The position numbers and the translations under genes are program-made. A DNA stretch of 64,000 bases from Squalus acanthias (lineage: Eukaryota). The first letter of the stretch is position 1. Each line of letters opens with the position of its first letter. The notes under the pieces were generated by a model that saw only the letters and a program-made list of their open reading frames with translations, made no database searches and had not been told where the DNA came from. Below, one piece after another: positions 60,346-64,000 of this stretch. Location of the stretch: assembly GCA_030390025.1 (NCBI GenBank), contig CM059440.1:53320001-53384000 (forward strand). Direction: 5' to 3'.

Positions 60346-61134
60346 TCTTTTAGATTTTTCAGTTACTCACCTGCAGTCCTGTTCAGCTGCTAAACTCAAA
60401 CCACCAAACACAAAATGTTCGGGTCAGAGGCACAAGCTGGCAAACTGTTCCTCCGTTCTTGTTGCACTATTTTCTTCAAGGATCAGGGAAGATGAAATCT
60501 GAATGGACTGCATTGGATATAATTCTGATTTTTTTTCTTTTCAAATACATGAATTTTGGCCCAGTTCAACTCTCTTCTCCACTGTGCTTTTAGCTATTAT
60601 TCTATAATATTATTATTATTTCTTGCTGGTGCTGCAAGCACAGATGGTGCAGTCATCAAGAGTGCTATACTTTGACAGGACAATAATTCAGCAAGTTGTG
60701 AAAGCATTTCAATACAATAGACACCACGCTATCGGTAATCCATACAGATGTTATGTGGCTTTCCAACCCTGCAAGACCAAAGGAGGGCAGGACTGTTTTA
60801 AAATGACCCTTTGTTTTATTACTGCCGCCTCTTGCCGTCACCTGAACTGCTCACAGTAAATTCCTTAACTGCACTTGAAGATAACAGTCACTTTCTCTCC
60901 TCTCCTTCCTGTTCAAGGTCATGCCATGGTAGCAGCAGCTATTCTGGTTGGTATTAGCTGTAAATCCATCTTGGACAGAACATATTATTGAGAGTATTTC
61001 CTGCTCAAAGACACGTGCCTTGACTGGAAATGGAGCAAGAATTTGATCTTGATGTTTTTAAGGTACTTGCTAAATCCTCCGCGACCTCAGATTTTACGGG
61101 CCTGAGAAAAGCAGTTTGTTATTAAAGCATCTGC

Positions 61135-61390
61135 TTTAAGGACTTGTTTCACCCAGAGGGTGGTGGGGGTCTGGAACTCACTGCCTGAAAGGGTGGTAGA
61201 GGCAGAAACCCTCATCACATTTAAAAAGTACTTCGATATGCACTTGAAGTGCCGTAACCTTCAGGGCTACAGACCAAGAGCTGGAAAGTGGGATTAGGCT
61301 GGATAGCTCTTTTTCAGCCGGCACAGACACGATGGGCCGAATGGCCTCCTTCTGTGCCATAAATTTCTATGATTCTGTGATTCTATGATA
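61135..61390 (+). mobile_element. CR1 3' fragment
   Basis: Same subfamily as 42425-42842; (ATGATTCT)n-like tail. Confidence 0.82.
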
Positions 61391-61564
61391 AGCAATATGT
61401 GAAACATAAAATGTACCAAGTGGAATAAATGGCTGCATAAAAATTGAACTTAAAATATATATTTTAATACTGTATACCTTTATCATGTAAACCTTTCTAG
61501 CTTTCTATTGTTGATGGCAATTATTACTTTAAATGACTACGAAAAAATTGCATGTTTTCTTGCT

Positions 61565-61897
61565 TGTTTCCCCTGGCTGGAGAGTCTAGAACTATGGGGC
61601 ATAGTCTCAGGATAAGGGGTCGGCCATTTAAGACTGAGATGAGAGGAATTTCTTCACTCAGAGGGTTGTGAATCTTTCGAATTTTCTGCCCCAAAGGGCT
61701 GTGGATGCTGAATCGTTGAGTATATTCAAGGCTGAGATAGATAGATTTTTGGACTCTAGGGGAATCGAGGGATATGGAGATTGGGCGGGAACGTGGAGTT
61801 GAGGTCGAAGATCAGCCATGATCTTATTGAATGGCGGAGCAGGCGCAAGGGTCCTATGGCCTACTCCTGCTCCTAATTCTTATGTTCTTATGTTCTT
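61565..61897 (+). mobile_element. CR1 3' fragment
   Basis: Homologous to 23540-23916. Confidence 0.82.
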
Positions 61898-62029
61898 TTT
61901 CTGTTAGTTTTTTTTTACTTTCTCTCCCCAGAACTGTTCTTAATTTGCTACAAGTAGAACGAAGCTACCTGGTTGGGCAATATTCCAATACTTGGCTCGA
62001 TAGGGCTTTAAACTAAATAGTGGGGGGGA

Positions 62030-63975
62030 GGGTTCAGGTGAGAGGAAATTTAGAAAGTTAAAGAGAAAGGACAAGGCAATAGTGCAGGGTAGCGATAGGG
62101 GTAATGATAACCTGAGTGTGACAGGAAGGGACAGAGCGTACAAGCATAAGAGTGCACCAGCAAATAGGGCCAGAGTAGGGAAAAATGGTAAAAAGACAAA
62201 ATTAAAGGCTCTTTATCTGAATGCACGCAGCATTCGTGACAAGATAGATGATTGACGGCACAAATAGAAATAATTGGGTATGATCTGATAGCCATTACAG
62301 AGATGTGGTTACAAGGTGACCAAGGCTGGGAACTGAATATTCAGGGGTATTTGACATTTCGGAAGGATAGGCAGAAAGGAAAAAGAGGTGGGATAGCTCT
62401 GTTAATAAAGGATGAGGTGCCACAGGGATCAGTGCTGGGGCCTCAACTATTTATAATCTATATTAATGACTTGGATGGAGAGACCGAGTATACTGTAGGC
62501 AAATTTGCTGACGATACAAAGAAAGGTGGGAAAGCAAGTTGTGAGGAGGACACAAGGGCCGGAATTTTGCCGGCGCTCAGGGGGCGGGTTTGGAGGCGGG
62601 ACATCCGGCAAAATCGCAAAGATTGACAGCGGGTCGGAAACCCGCTGTCAACCCGCCTCCAATCAATCTTCCCAAGTGTCGGGTCCCCGATTTGCGCAGG
62701 GACCCGACACCTAGTGGCAGGAAGAGGATTATAGCCACCTGCAGCTGCCATCTGTTCTAGCCTAAGGAAGGAGTCACTGGAGAGCCTGGGTGCCAGGGCT
62801 CACCTTTGTGCAGTGATTATCAGTGTTTGCAGCACCTCAATGCTGTCAAACACTGAGAAATCAGCTGCCAAAAAAATGTGTATGGCCCCTTTAAGAAAAC
62901 CGGCAGATGACGCGTCATCAAAGGACGTCATCTGACACCGGCTTTCTCCTAATTAGCCGGCAAGCCCGCAGGGCGGGCTTAACAAGGCCAATTGACGCAA
63001 AATCACGTCTGTGGGCCGGATGACGTTGGGGGCGGGACCGGAACCTGGAAGCCACCTGACCCGCTTCCAAGCCGCCGCGACCCAGAAAATCGCGGCCAAA
63101 GAGTCTGCAAAGGGATATAGATAAGTCAAGTGAGTGGGCAAAAATTTGGCAGATGGAGTATAATGTGGGAAAATGTGAGGTTATCCACTTTGGTAAGTAG
63201 AATAGAAAAGCAAAATATTATTTAAATGGAGAGAAACTACAGAATGTTGCAGTACAGAAGGATCTGGGTGTCCTCGTACATGAAACACAAAAAGTTAGCA
63301 TGCAGGTACAGCAAGGAATTAGGAAGGCAAATGGAATTTTGGCCTTTATTGCAAGGGGATGGAGTATAAAAGTAGGAAAGTCTTGCTCCAACTGTAGTTG
63401 GTGCGATCACACCTAGAGTACTGCGTACAATTTTGATCTCCTTATTTAAGGAGGGATGTACTTGCATTGGAGGCAGTTCAGAGAAGGTTCGCTTGGTTGA
63501 TTCCTGGGATGAAGGGGTTGTCTTATGAGAAAAGGTTGAGCACGTTGGGCCTATACTCATTGGAGTTTAGTAGAATGGGAGGTGATCTTATTGAAACATA
63601 TAAGATTCTGAGGGGGCTTGACAGGGTCGATGCTGAGAGGATGTTTCCCCTCGTGGGGGAATCTAAAACGAGGGGGGCATAGTTTCAGAATAAGGGGTCG
63701 CCCATTTAAGAGGGAGATGAGGAGGAATTTCTTCTCTCAGAGGGTCGTGAATCTTTGGAATTCTCTACCCCAGAAAGCTGTGGAGGCGGAGTCATTGAAT
63801 ATATTCAAGGCGGAGATAGACAGACTTTTGAACTACAGGGGAGTCAAGGGTTATGGGGAACAGGCAGAAAAGTGGAGTTGAGGCCAAGATCAGATCAGCC
63901 ATGATCTCATTGAATGGCGGATTAGGCTCGAGGGGCCGAATGGCCGACTCCTGCTCCTATTTCTTATGTTCTTAC
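62030..63975 (+). mobile_element. CR1 LINE with large internal deletion, interrupted by a MITE
   Basis: Endonuclease start (YLNARSI, YDLIAITEMWL, RKDR..RGGIALLIK) fused directly to VPQGSVLGP..KFADD, continuing to the 3' UTR. Confidence 0.88.
62557..63097. mobile_element. Harbinger-like MITE inserted in CR1
   Basis: TIR GGCCGGAATTTT / AAAATCGCGGCC; CR1 sequence resumes seamlessly; imperfect 3-bp TSD AAG/AAA. Confidence 0.78.
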
Positions 63976-64000
63976 ATTCGCCTGAAAATATAATGGTATC

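Noticed and set aside
60371-60498. Candidate MTMR9-like exon 1 (strong GTGAGT donor on the minus strand)
   Set aside because: No similarity to the expected MEFAELIKT...LCLTGHH N-terminus, and the frame I translated hits a stop; at most a non-coding exon.

Overview
This is vertebrate genomic DNA, most likely from a cartilaginous fish, judged by its HE1/V-SINE, DeuSINE, CR1 and L2 repeat content. It is repeat-rich (about half of the window). (1) A minus-strand myotubularin-related protein 9-like gene: nine coding exons (2-10) with canonical GT-AG borders span 50330 to 25486. Exon 1 was not found and probably lies beyond 64000. The product is a pseudophosphatase (HGSEGRDTT) with a divergent C-terminus. 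(2) A degraded minus-strand endogenous retrovirus at about 176-9478. It has a gag-like N-terminus, an internally deleted pol with clear integrase motifs, an extra signal-peptide ORF, an envelope built like a paramyxovirus/pneumovirus F fusion protein (lokiretrovirus-like), a polypurine tract and one LTR, and it is interrupted by a LINE and a SINE. (3) Many CR1, L2 and poly(A)-tailed LINE fragments, three SINE families that each share a 3' tail with a LINE in the window, Harbinger-like and hAT-like MITEs with visible target-site duplications (TSDs), and a 1.3-kb 30-bp minisatellite inside an L2. Exon coordinates were counted from splice sites. Repeat boundaries are approximate, and all family assignments come from pattern recognition, not database searches.
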